Positions 29,933-40,450 of a DNA stretch of 64,000 nucleotides are shown here, piece by piece (position 1 is the stretch's first letter; each line of letters opens with the position of its first letter). The position numbers were made by a program, and so were the translations under genes. The notes below the pieces were generated by a model that worked only from the letters and a program-made list of their open reading frames with translations, had not been told where the DNA came from and did not search any database. The stretch is from positions 75,967 through 139,966 of the forward strand of contig JBEKDT010000014.1 of NCBI GenBank assembly GCA_050014195.1, written 5' to 3'. The DNA comes from Desulfomonilia bacterium. Lineage in GTDB: Bacteria; Desulfobacterota; Desulfomonilia; UBA1062.

Positions 29933-30032
29933 GAATAGTTGCCACGATAACAAAAGTTCAGGATTTTTGTTCAATCTTGAATAAGGCTAGGCATTAATAG
30001 GTGAAAATCAAAATATCATGAGGAGGAGTAAA

Positions 30033-30713
30033 ATGAAAAAAATAGTTTTTTGTCTCGCATTTTTTCTTAGCATACTAGGGTTTCTGCTGACCACTGTCTC
30101 ACCGGCGCGGGCGGACTTGATTACCTTGACGAGTAGTACAACAAGCACAACGGGAACCTCATTAGGAACAGCGGGAGTTGCTCCTGATTCCACACTGCAG
30201 AGCCTGCTTTTGAGTGGCAATATATCGGGCCTTACCTTTACAGCCGTTACAGTAGACAATACTGGAACCTTTACGCCAGTTCCTTCATCGGCTCCAGCAG
30301 GCACAGAAGTTATTACTCTCCCCGGTGGGACCTCTGGAAATGGGTACAGCGGATTTTTCTTGGTCACCTTTACCCTGCCGACCGGCTTTAGTTCTGCATC
30401 TCTCTCAGGGGCGGGTAACGTTGATGATCAGGGGTATGTTTTTCTTAACGGGAATCTTATCAGTAGTAGCCTAGTCGAGTTTGGTGATACTACTTTTTCA
30501 GACAGCACCCAATCTGATTTTGTTGCTGGTATAAACCAATTTGTGATTGCAGATAACAACTCTGGCGGGGGTCCAAGCGGGGCCGCATTCTATGCAAACA
30601 TTTCATTTACTCCCGGTACCAACCCACCCCCCGTGCCCGAACCCTGCACCATCCTCCTACTCGGCTCAGGTCTGCTGGGATTTGCAGGACTAAGAAAGAA
30701 AATGAAAAAGTAA
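30033..30713 (+). CDS. PEP-CTERM exosortase-sorted protein
   Basis: Signal peptide ending ARA; Ser/Thr/Gly-rich body; VPEPCTILLLGSGLLGFAGLRKKMKK. Confidence 0.92.
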   Translation: MKKIVFCLAFFLSILGFLLTTVSPARADLITLTSSTTSTTGTSLGTAGVAPDSTLQSLLLSGNISGLTFTAVTVDNTGTFTPVPSSAPAGTEVITLPGGTSGNGYSGFFLVTFTLPTGFSSASLSGAGNVDDQGYVFLNGNLISSSLVEFGDTTFSDSTQSDFVAGINQFVIADNNSGGGPSGAAFYANISFTPGTNPPPVPEPCTILLLGSGLLGFAGLRKKMKK

Positions 30714-30739
30714 CAACAGCTCATTGATTGTACTGATAG

Positions 30740-30769
30740 AGGCAGGGTGATTTATGGCCCTGCCTTTTT
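30740..30769 (+). terminator. Intrinsic terminator
   Basis: AGGCAGGG...CCCTGCCT followed by T-run. Confidence 0.65.
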
Positions 30770-31342
30770 CATATATTGAACCATAGATAACTTCGGATAA
30801 ATTAATGGCTCTCACTTAAAATCATCAACTATAGATTATGCAAAAGGATTATCGGTTTTATAAGCATGGAAAAACTGTATAGTTCGTGCCAAGATCTTTG
30901 CTTTGTCCATATTGAATGTTTCTTCAGATAATATCCGGTTGATCCGGACTGAAGGTTACGCGCCACCACCTGGATTCTTTCCTCCGTGCTTGTACTACCT
31001 TCCAAGAACATTACATTCAGAAGCATAGGTGGACGAGGTATCTTATCCCGTTTCATGTAGGTTTCCCAATGCTTCTCACCCAAAACTCTGTGCTCACGAT
31101 TAGAGAAAGTAGGCTTTATCCGGATGATCCTTAAATCCTTACGATACACAATAGGTATTCCCTGATGAGATTGTTTGTGGTAGTGACCATAAACTGAGAT
31201 TAAATATAAATGGTCATATAAGCTCAGAAAAGCATAATAGATTATGAATGACCAAACCTACTCTATAAACCTGGAATCACCGAAGCCTTTTCTCTATTTT
31301 CCAGACTGCAAGCACTGATTTTCGTATGCCGGGGGGATATTA

Positions 31343-34030
31343 ATGGTAATGATTATTGATGGCAAGGAATGTACATTCACCCCGGGCCAGACGGTCTACG
31401 AGGTGGCCAGGGCAAACGGCATTCCCATCCCGGTCCTATGCCACCAGGAGCAGCTCAAACCCGTAGGGGCCTGCCGCGTCTGTGTCGTGGAGGTCCAGGG
31501 TGCCCGCTCACTGGTTGCTTCCTGCGCCATGCCTGCGGAGAAGGGCATGATCGTGACCACAAACTCCGAGCGGGTATTGGCCTCCCGCAAACTCACCGTG
31601 GAGCTGCTCCTCACCCAGGGGCATCACAACTGCCTGGTATGCGAGAGCAGCGGTGACTGTGTGCTCCAGAGCCTGGCCTACTCGCTGGGGATCGACACCC
31701 CGCGTTTCCCGGAATCCACTGAGTTCAAACCCCTGGAGCAGGCCAACGAGATGATCGTGCGCGACATGAACAAGTGCATCCTGTGCGGCTTGTGCGTGCG
31801 GGCATGCAATGAGATCCAGGTAAACCAGGTGCTCGACTTTTCAGGACGCGGCCCTACGGCAAGTGTAGGACCGGCCTTTGGCACGACCTATGAGGACTCG
31901 AACTGCGTGTTCTGCGGAGAGTGCGTCCGTCTCTGCCCTGTGGGTGCCATATTTGAGAAGCAGGGCCGTTTCAAGAGCAGGGCCGGCGAAACCCGGAAGG
32001 TGAGAACCACCTGCGGATACTGTGGTGTAGGCTGCCAGATGGAACTGGGCGTGAAGGACGGCAAGGTGGTCAAGGTGACCACCCCCAGATGGAATGCACC
32101 CGCACCCAACTATGGCAGCCTCTGCATCAAGGGCCGTTTCGGATATGACTTTCTTGACCATCCGGACAGGCTCACCAAACCCATGATCAGGGTAGACGGA
32201 GAACTCAAAGAGACAAGCTGGGATGTGGCCCTCGCATACATAGCCGACAAGCTAGGCACCATAAAAGAGAAAAACGGCCCGGATGCCGTTGCCGGTTTGG
32301 CATCGGCCCGGTGTACAAACGAAGAAAACTACCTCTTCCAGAAATTCCTGCGTGCAGTGATAGGCACCAACAATGTGGATCACTGCGCCCGGCTCTGACA
32401 CAGCTCCACAGTGGCCGGTCTGGCCACTGCATTCGGCTCGGGCGCCATGACGAACTCCATTGCGGATATGGAAGAGTCGAAATGTTTTCTCATCACCGGG
32501 ACCAACACGACGGAAAACCACCCGGTGATCTCCACCTTCATCAAGCGGGCAGTGACCCAGCGCGGTGCCAAGTTGATCCTTGCAGACCCGAGGGGCATCG
32601 AGCTCTCCAAGTTTGCAACCGTGTGGCTCCGCCAGAAGCCGGGTACCGACATTGCCTGGATCAACGGTATGATGAATGTGATCATCGGCGAGGGGCTTCT
32701 GAACGAGGCCTTCATCGCCGAGCGTACCGAAAACTTCGAGGCTGTCAAAGAGGCGGTTAAGAAGTATACCCCTGAGTATGTGGAGAAGATCACAGGTATC
32801 CCGGCAGAAGACCTGAAAAAGGCGGCACGACTCTATGCCAAATCGCCTGATGCTTCCATTGTGTATGCCATGGGCATCACCCAGCACATCACCGGGACCG
32901 ATAATGTGAAGTCGCTCGCCAACCTGGCCATGCTCACGGGCAACATCGGCAGGCCCGGCACCGGCGTGAATCCATTGCGCGGGCAGAACAACGTACAGGG
33001 TGCCTGTGATATGGCCTGCCTGCCCGGCAACCTGCCCGGGTATAAGCGGGTTGCCGAAGAAGCTGAGAGGAAGCCCTTCGAGGATGCCTGGGGTGTGAAT
33101 CTGCCAAGCAAACCCGGCCTCACCGTGCCGTACATCATTGAAGGGGCTGGCAAGGGCACCATCAAGGCGCTGTACGTAATGGGCGAGAATCCCATGATGT
33201 CCGATCCGGATACCGCCCATGTGGAAAAGGCATTGAAGAACCTCGACTTGCTCATCGTGCAGGACATCTTCCTCAACGAGACAGGCAAGCTCGCACATGT
33301 GGTGCTTCCGAGCTCCGCCTGGGCTGAGAAAGAAGGCAGCTTCACGAACACTGAACGGAGGGTCCAGCGGGTGCGTAAGGCCGTGGAAGCACCGGGAGAG
33401 GCAATGGATGACTGGAAGATCATCACCATGATCGCAAACAAGTGCGGTGCGAACTGGGTCTATGGGAGCGCCAGGGATATCATGGAGGAGCTTAGGAAGG
33501 TTACTGCATCATATGCAGGCATCACCTATGACCGTATCGAATGGACAGGCATCCAGTGGCCATGCCCCAATACCGACCATCCGGGTACGCCCATACTCCA
33601 CACCCACGCCTTCACCCGGGGCAAGGGGCTCTTCAGTGTGTGCGAGCACATCCCGCCCGCCGAGCAGATCGATGCCGAATATCCCTTTGTCCTGACCACC
33701 GGAAGGATACTCTATCAGTACCATACTGCAACCATGAGCCGCCGCTCCAAGGGGCTTGTATCCAGGACACCCAAGGCCTTTGTGGAGATCAACCGGGCAG
33801 ATGCCGAGGAACTGGGCATCAAGAAGGGCGACAAGGTGGAGATTACCAGCCGCAGGGGCTCCATCGAGGCCCTGGCGGACGTCTCAAACAGATGCGATAC
33901 AGGGGTTGTATTCATCCCGTTCCACTATGCAGAGGCGGCAGTAAACAAGCTCACCATCTCTGCCATCGACCCGGTGGCCAACATCCCTGAGTACAAGGTG
34001 TGCGCGGTGAAGCTCCTGAAGGTGGCATAG
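31343..34030 (+). CDS. fdhF: Selenocysteine-containing formate dehydrogenase alpha subunit (UGA at 32396-32398 read as Sec; 895 aa)
   Basis: ORFs 31343-32398 and 32411-34030 are in one frame joined by HCARL-UGA-HSSTVAGL; LRGQNNVQG; N-terminal FeS module. Confidence 0.93.
32409..32429 (+). promoter_or_regulatory. Bacterial SECIS element
   Basis: CAGTGGCC-GGTCT-GGCCACTG hairpin 10 nt after the UGA. Confidence 0.8.
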
Positions 34031-34035
34031 GTATT

Positions 34036-34077
34036 CAAAAAAAAGGAGCGGTTCCGTTGGTTGGGAACCGCTCCTTG
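34036..34077. terminator. Terminator hairpin between convergent fdh and MFS genes
   Basis: A-run + AAGGAGCGGTTCC...GGAACCGCTCCTT. Confidence 0.65.
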
Positions 34078-34100
34078 TGTATCGACCAGGGAAGATGATC

Positions 34101-35582
34101 TTATGCGGCCTTGGGCGGTTTGATGAGCAGCACGGCAATGATGATGCCGATCACTGCCAGGCCGGCGGTCGGATAGAAGGCAAAGGTGAAGGACCCAAAA
34201 ATATCCTTGGCCTTGCCCGATATCAACCCACCGAGGATGGCGCCGATGCCGTATGCAAAGAAGACCACGCCATAGTTTCTCGCATAGTTCCTGATGCCGA
34301 AGAACGTGGCCGTTGCAGTGGGTGCTATGGCAAGCCAACCGCCGAGGCAAAGCCAGAATCCCATGAATGCTATTGTGTAAAGGCCCTGGCTTCCTTCCTT
34401 TGCTTGAAGCATCATGATGGATGCGACAAGAATGAGAACCAGGTTCAGCACTGCTGCATTACGCGGGGTGATCTTGTCGGTGAGCGTTCCGAAGATCGGC
34501 CGGCCTATGGCATTGAATATGGCGAATATGCCGACCAGAGAGGCGGCGGCAGCCTTGTCGATCTTGATGACCTCGGTGCCGACCGTGCTGGATATGCCGA
34601 TGGCCATGAGTCCTGCCAGGCAGCCGATGATGTAGCAGAGGAAGAGTCCCCAGAAAGAACCTGTCTTTAGCATCTTGGAGACATCGAAATCCGCAGCAGA
34701 CACTGATGAGGCTGCAGGGGCATAGCCTTCAGGCTTCCATCCGGCTACGGGGAATTTCAGCGGCAGTGACAGGATAACGATGATGAACAGGAAGGCAATG
34801 CCGAAGTACTTGAATGTGGTCGCAAGTCCGACGGATGCGATGAGCACGTCTGCGATCTTCGCAGTGAGCAGTGCAGACCCGCCAAAGCCGGCAAGTGCAA
34901 GACCGACCGCCAAGCCCTTCTTATCAGGGAACCAGCGCGCGGCAACCGCTATCGGGCAGCCGTAGGCAAGCCCTACGCCGCCGCCTGCTATTACGCCGTA
35001 GGTAAGGGTCAGCATGCCGATACTCGTGGCAAAGCTGGAAAGGAACCAGCCGGCTCCGACGATGATACCTCCGATAATAGCCAGGTTCCTGGGGCCGAGC
35101 TTTTCCATGATCTGTCCGCCGAAGAACATGAGTATGGAAAAGAAGGCGAGGAACCCCATGAACGGGAAGTTGCTCTGGAAGGAGGAAACCTTCTGGATCG
35201 ACAGGAGCTTGTCGAGCTGATCAGGAGTAAGTGTCTTCAATGCGGTTGCGTATTCAGCAGCCTTGGTCGCATCTTTTTCCTTGTCGAGTTTGAAAAGTTC
35301 CATCAGCATGGCAGGATCAAGGGTCGCAAACTCGGCCTTGAGCTTTTCTGCCTGTTCCTTCTTGAGGGCGAACACCTTGCCCAGGAGATCATTCTTGAAT
35401 TCCTTGATCTCGGGAACGACCTGCAGCGCAGTGGTCTTATTGAAATAGAGCTCCACCGGCTTCTTGAACACACTGTAAGAATAGACACTACCGAGGCAGA
35501 GATTGATGATCAGGCCCAGGATAACAAAAAGCCATCTCCCGGAATTGGCCTTCATGCCAAAAACATTAACATTGTCAGTCAT
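34101..35582 (-). CDS. OFA-family (oxalate/formate antiporter-like) MFS transporter
   Basis: LGSVYSYSVF, RWFPDKKGLAVG, NAIGR, NYGVVFFAYG; start chosen at MTDNV. Confidence 0.85.
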   Translation of the reverse strand: MTDNVNVFGMKANSGRWLFVILGLIINLCLGSVYSYSVFKKPVELYFNKTTALQVVPEIKEFKNDLLGKVFALKKEQAEKLKAEFATLDPAMLMELFKLDKEKDATKAAEYATALKTLTPDQLDKLLSIQKVSSFQSNFPFMGFLAFFSILMFFGGQIMEKLGPRNLAIIGGIIVGAGWFLSSFATSIGMLTLTYGVIAGGGVGLAYGCPIAVAARWFPDKKGLAVGLALAGFGGSALLTAKIADVLIASVGLATTFKYFGIAFLFIIVILSLPLKFPVAGWKPEGYAPAASSVSAADFDVSKMLKTGSFWGLFLCYIIGCLAGLMAIGISSTVGTEVIKIDKAAAASLVGIFAIFNAIGRPIFGTLTDKITPRNAAVLNLVLILVASIMMLQAKEGSQGLYTIAFMGFWLCLGGWLAIAPTATATFFGIRNYARNYGVVFFAYGIGAILGGLISGKAKDIFGSFTFAFYPTAGLAVIGIIIAVLLIKPPKAA

Positions 35583-35854
35583 TGGAAACCCCCCTCCCAT
35601 CCTTTTGAAATTAGGTGCAATAGCTCGCGTATATACTGATATCAAGCAAATCTGTCAATTGAATAGTGATTCATTATTGCAAAACCATTACCCGCTTATT
35701 ACTCCGGACACGGTTGCAACGACAAGAATCAAAGGCAGATAATTCAACAGGTGGGAACACCATCAACCCATCTTACAGTATACAGAAAATCGAATATATA
35801 TGCAATATTATAAACTATTATTCTATAATCCTAAAAAAAATTGGGAGGGGCGTT

Positions 35855-36454
35855 ATGTCGAACAATCTTGCAAACCCGGCACCACTCGGCCTCATGGGCT
35901 TTGGTATGACAACGGTACTGCTGAATCTTCACAATGCCGGGATCTTCGGTATGTGTGCCGGGATCCTGGCAATGGGCATTTTCTATGGGGGATTGGCCCA
36001 GGTGATTGCCGGGATCATGGAATTCAAGAAGGGCAACACCTTCGGCACCACGGCCTTTTCCTCATATGGGTTTTTCTGGCTTACCCTCGTATTTCTTGTT
36101 TATTTCAATAAGCAGTTCGGCATCGCTGAAAACACCGAGGTGTTCATGTCCTGGTATTTGTTCCTCTGGGGGCTCTTCACCTTCTTCATGTGGATCGGCA
36201 CTTGGAAGGCCAACAGGGGCCTTCAGGTAGTATTCCTTTCTCTCACCGTCCTCTTCTGGATGTTGGCTGCACGGGATGGCTTCGGGTGGAAAGGTTCCTG
36301 GGCGATTATCGCCGGGTATGAGGGGATCTTCTGCGGGGCTTCCGCCATCTACTGCGCCATGGCCCAGGTATTAAATGAGAGCTACGGAGGGTCGTTCTGC
36401 CGCTGGGTGACAAGAAATAACCGCCTTCTGAACACATATTCGGCTGCACTCTGA
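35855..36454 (+). CDS. satP: Acetate/succinate channel, SatP (GPR1/FUN34/YaaH) family; apparent frameshift near 3' end
   Basis: ANPAPLGLMGF, GNTFGTTAFSSYGFFW; conserved VLPLG end lies in another frame (stop 36418-36420). Confidence 0.85.
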   Translation: MSNNLANPAPLGLMGFGMTTVLLNLHNAGIFGMCAGILAMGIFYGGLAQVIAGIMEFKKGNTFGTTAFSSYGFFWLTLVFLVYFNKQFGIAENTEVFMSWYLFLWGLFTFFMWIGTWKANRGLQVVFLSLTVLFWMLAARDGFGWKGSWAIIAGYEGIFCGASAIYCAMAQVLNESYGGSFCRWVTRNNRLLNTYSAAL

Positions 36455-36807
36455 GATCCTTTGCCTCGCCTGGTATGACATCGTGATTCCGTCATCCTTC
36501 GATGCGGTGAAGGATCTCTCTTTATATAAATCACCATCCTGGAACAGAGGAAAAAACATCCGCCCCTCCTTGTTTTTTCATGGACAAACCCCATAAGAAT
36601 ACCTGTATGCACCGGAAAAGAGATTCAAAAATCCCTCGGCCTATCAGGAATGATTATTATTTAACCCTTTTCATTTTGGGGATTCTGGTATATGTTTTAT
36701 CAAGCCATTACCGGACATAAGGTCTGATCGTCTTGGATGTATGGGATGAGACGCCTATGGACCGGGAGAGGAACACAAGTTCTTAAGTACTGCGAGAGGG
36801 GTGTTCG

Positions 36808-38469
36808 ATGAGCAAGGTGAAGTTACGGATCAACGGAATAGATGTGGAAACGGAGCTGGGTAAGACGATCCTCGAGGCGGCCCAGGGCCTCGGGATATTC
36901 ATACCGACGCTGTGCCACCATGAGGCCTTGATCCCCAGGGGGGCCTGCCGCATGTGTATCGTGGAAGACAAGGGGAGGCTGAAGGCCGCCTGCACCATGC
37001 CGGCGGAAAACGGCATGGATATCATCACGGATTCGCCCAGGATACAGCATATTCGAGAGACCACCATTCAGATGATCTTCACGAGCAGGAACCACTACTG
37101 CATGTACTGCGAGGTGAGCGGCGACTGCGAACTGCAGGATCTCGGCTACAAGCTGGGCATGGATCACTTCAACTTCGCCACCTATGAGAATCGCTACCCT
37201 GTGGATACAACCCACCCCTATATCATCTTCGAGCACAACAGGTGCATCCTGTGCGGCCGGTGCGTCAGGGCATGCACCGATCTGACCGGGCATTACGTGC
37301 TTACCGAACGGAGCAGGGGGGTGAAGACCTTGATCGTTGCCGATATCGAAAGCCCCCTGGGAAGGTCGAGCTGCGTCTCATGCGGCGCCTGCGTGCAGGT
37401 CTGCCCCACAGGGGCGCTGATAGAGAAGAGGGCGGCATATCAGAGGAACCGGGAGAAGAACGAGCAGATCAAGACGGTCTGCGACATGTGCCCGGTGGGC
37501 TGCGGGATCGAGATTCACAAGAACCCCGGTACGAACTCAGTGATAAAGATCCACGGCGACTGGCATGCAGGGCCCACCAACGGCCTCCTGTGCAAAAACG
37601 GCCGATACCTCTCTCTCTATGAGGAGCATCAGGTGATTTCTTCCCCACGAATGCGCCGGGGTACTTCAATGAAAGAGATAAAGGCAGGCGATTTGGAGGG
37701 TGTGATCAAGGAAAAGATCAACGGCGCTGCAGCCTATGTGGACGGTTCCCTCTCTAATGAGGAACTCTCTCAGATCAAGGACCTCTTTGGCGAAAAGGTA
37801 TACTCGCTGAGGCCCGTGAATGCCCCGATACCCTCAACGGCGCGCATCGAGGATCTGAACACCGCAGGTACCATCGTTGTCTTCCGGCTTGACCTGGATG
37901 CACAGTACGGTGCCTTGGGCTCCTTGATCAAGAGAAGGGTGGCGACGAACGAGGCTGGTCTCATCCTGGTAGATGCTTCGGAAAATACCTTCTCGAAGTT
38001 GCCGGCAAAACGCCTGGGTTCATTCGAGTTCCTTGCAGACATAAAGGGGCTGACCGGAACCAATGACTACCTGCTGGTCTACCAGGACCTCGAAGACAAG
38101 GAAAGAGCTGCCTTGAGTTCGCAGCAGGGCATGAGATTTCTCTGGCTCCCGCCCGAGACCAATACTTTTGGCCTGGCCAAGCTCGGCATCGAACATGCCG
38201 CACCAAAGGGCAAGGCGCTCTTCTTCTTCGGTAAAGATATCCCCGAGGTCGCCATCGAGGACGGGACTTTCGTAGCCTGTTTCAGCCCGCACGAGAACCG
38301 CCTGACCCGGCGGGCCGACCTTGTGGTGCCCATCAGGGACGGTTTCGAGAGGGAAGGGACCTTTTACAATCTTGAAGGAGAGATCGTCAGGCGGGTACCG
38401 GTTCTTACGCCCGGACCGGATAGGATCGATCTCAAAGAACTGCTCGTAAGAATGCTGCCAAAGGGGTGA
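36808..38469 (+). CDS. HoxU-like FeS subunit fused to a degenerate molybdopterin-oxidoreductase (NuoG-like) domain
   Basis: [2Fe-2S] PTLC..GACRMC, HYCMYCEVSGDC, two CxxCxxC clusters, CDMCPVGC...LCKNG, FEREGTFYNLEG. Confidence 0.75.
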   Translation: MSKVKLRINGIDVETELGKTILEAAQGLGIFIPTLCHHEALIPRGACRMCIVEDKGRLKAACTMPAENGMDIITDSPRIQHIRETTIQMIFTSRNHYCMYCEVSGDCELQDLGYKLGMDHFNFATYENRYPVDTTHPYIIFEHNRCILCGRCVRACTDLTGHYVLTERSRGVKTLIVADIESPLGRSSCVSCGACVQVCPTGALIEKRAAYQRNREKNEQIKTVCDMCPVGCGIEIHKNPGTNSVIKIHGDWHAGPTNGLLCKNGRYLSLYEEHQVISSPRMRRGTSMKEIKAGDLEGVIKEKINGAAAYVDGSLSNEELSQIKDLFGEKVYSLRPVNAPIPSTARIEDLNTAGTIVVFRLDLDAQYGALGSLIKRRVATNEAGLILVDASENTFSKLPAKRLGSFEFLADIKGLTGTNDYLLVYQDLEDKERAALSSQQGMRFLWLPPETNTFGLAKLGIEHAAPKGKALFFFGKDIPEVAIEDGTFVACFSPHENRLTRRADLVVPIRDGFEREGTFYNLEGEIVRRVPVLTPGPDRIDLKELLVRMLPKG

Positions 38470-38472
38470 GAC

Positions 38473-39015
38473 ATGAAGACGATTACAATGGCTTCCACAT
38501 GGTGTGAGGGGTGCTCGGGCTGCCATATGTCGTTCCTGGATATGGACGAGCGTCTGGTGGAGCTCATCGGTAAGGGACTCGTCCTGACCGCGACCCCCAT
38601 TACCGACCTGAAGATACCCCCCATGGGAACCGATCTCGGCATCATCGAGGGCGCTGTGGCGACGGACCACCACATGGAAGATGTCAAGGAGCTCCGGCAC
38701 CGGTGCAAGATGATCGTGGCCCTGGGAGACTGCGCCGTGTTCGGCGGGATCAATACCATGAGAAACTACTTTACGGTCGACGAGCTCCTCCATCGCGGAT
38801 ATGTCACGACCGAAAGCACGGTGAACGGCACGCCGCCTACGTCGAACGAACTGGGCAAGCTGTTGCCCAAGGTGCTCTCCGTGCATGAGGTCGTCAAGGT
38901 CGATTTTTTCATACCCGGGTGCCCGCCCCCTGCAAACGTTATCTACCATGTCTTGAACGAGCTTGTCGAAGGCAGGGTCCCCAGGCTTACCCAAGATCTT
39001 TTGTATTACGACTAG
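38473..39015 (+). CDS. hoxY: [NiFe] hydrogenase small subunit HoxY (group 3d-like)
   Basis: GCSGCHMSFLDMDE, LGDCAVFGG, IPGCPP. Confidence 0.88.
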   Translation: MKTITMASTWCEGCSGCHMSFLDMDERLVELIGKGLVLTATPITDLKIPPMGTDLGIIEGAVATDHHMEDVKELRHRCKMIVALGDCAVFGGINTMRNYFTVDELLHRGYVTTESTVNGTPPTSNELGKLLPKVLSVHEVVKVDFFIPGCPPPANVIYHVLNELVEGRVPRLTQDLLYYD

Positions 39016-39025
39016 AGGTGCTGCC

Positions 39026-40450
39026 ATGTCAAAGAAGATAACCATATCGCCGGTCACGAGGATAGAAGGACACGCCAAGGTCACCGTATACCTGAACGAT
39101 GAAGGACAGGTGGACCGCACCTATTTCCACGTGGATCAGTTCAGGGGGTTCGAGAAGTTCTCCGAAGGGAGGTACTTCCCGGAGATGCCCGTCATAACGC
39201 CGCGCATCTGCGGGATCTGCCCCATCAGCCACCACCTGGGCGCAGCCAAGGCCTGCGACGAGATCCTGGACGTCAAGATACCCCGTCCTGCAAAGCTCCT
39301 GAGGGAACTCATCCATATGGGCCAGGTCATCCAGTCCCATGCCATGCACTTCTTCGAGCTGGCAGGGCCCGACATCATCCTCGGGTGGGACTCGGACCCG
39401 GCTCTGCGTAATGTCGTGGGCCTGGTCAAGGCCAACCCCGAACTCGCGCTCAAGGCGGTGCGCCTGAGAAAATACGGACAGACCATCATAGAAGAGGTTG
39501 CAGGCCGGAGGATCCACCCCACCTTTGCCATCCCGGGGGGCGTGAACAACGGCTTATCAGTGGAGAAACGGGACAGGCTGCTCAAGGGCATCGATGACTA
39601 CATATCGCACATCCAGGAAGGGGTTTCCATCATCCGTGATTTCATCATGTCCCACAAGGAGGAAAGCGATACCTTTGCCTCGTTCCCCTCCGGATACATG
39701 GGACTGGTCGGTAAAGACGGTGCCCTGGAGCTCTATGACGGCGCCGTCAGGATGATGGACAAGGACGGACACGTCATCGATGAGTTCCCCGGCAAGTACT
39801 ATCTGAGCCATATCGGCGAGATGGTGGATGACTGGACCTACCTCAAGCTCCCCTTCTTCAAACCCCTGGGCGACAAGGAAGGGTTCTACCGGGTGGGGCC
39901 GCTGGGTCGCCTCAATGTGGCTGAGAAGATCAGCACCCCCAAGGCCCATGAGGAGTTCAAGCGGTTTAAGGCCATGAATGGCGGCAAACCCGTGGAGAGC
40001 TCGTTCTACTACCATTATGCGCGGCTCATCGAGGCCGTCTATGCCTTGGAACGGGCCCGGCAGATCCTGGAAGACCCGGACATCCTCTCCACCGACCTTC
40101 TGCATGAAGGACCGGTGCGCTGCGGAGAGGGGGTCGGCATCATCGAGGCCCCCAGGGGCACCCTGATACACCACTACTGGGTCAATGATGACGGCCAGAT
40201 CACCAAGGCCAACCTCATCGTTGCATCGGGCCACAACAACTGGGCCATGAGCAAGGCAGTGGATTGTATTGCGCGGGGCTACATCAAGGGCAATGACGTC
40301 CCCGAGGGCGTCCTGAACAGGATCGAGGGGGCCATCAGGTGCTACGATCCCTGTCTGTCCTGCTCCACCCATGCAATCGGCAAGATGCCCATGGTGGTGG
40401 AGCTCTATGATCATGCAGGGAATCTCGTTGACGCCCGGAAGCGATCATAA
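39026..40450 (+). CDS. hoxH: [NiFe] hydrogenase large subunit HoxH
   Basis: TRIEGHAK, RICGICPISH, DPCLSCSTH plus C-terminal extension. Confidence 0.92.
   Translation: MSKKITISPVTRIEGHAKVTVYLNDEGQVDRTYFHVDQFRGFEKFSEGRYFPEMPVITPRICGICPISHHLGAAKACDEILDVKIPRPAKLLRELIHMGQVIQSHAMHFFELAGPDIILGWDSDPALRNVVGLVKANPELALKAVRLRKYGQTIIEEVAGRRIHPTFAIPGGVNNGLSVEKRDRLLKGIDDYISHIQEGVSIIRDFIMSHKEESDTFASFPSGYMGLVGKDGALELYDGAVRMMDKDGHVIDEFPGKYYLSHIGEMVDDWTYLKLPFFKPLGDKEGFYRVGPLGRLNVAEKISTPKAHEEFKRFKAMNGGKPVESSFYYHYARLIEAVYALERARQILEDPDILSTDLLHEGPVRCGEGVGIIEAPRGTLIHHYWVNDDGQITKANLIVASGHNNWAMSKAVDCIARGYIKGNDVPEGVLNRIEGAIRCYDPCLSCSTHAIGKMPMVVELYDHAGNLVDARKRS

Noticed and set aside
30829-31149. 106-aa minus-strand ORF
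   Set aside because: No recognisable motif or RBS; may be a decayed fragment and cannot be supported.
32411-34030. Separate 539-aa molybdopterin protein, or a nonsense pseudogene
   Set aside because: Explained as the C-terminal part of the Sec-FDH.
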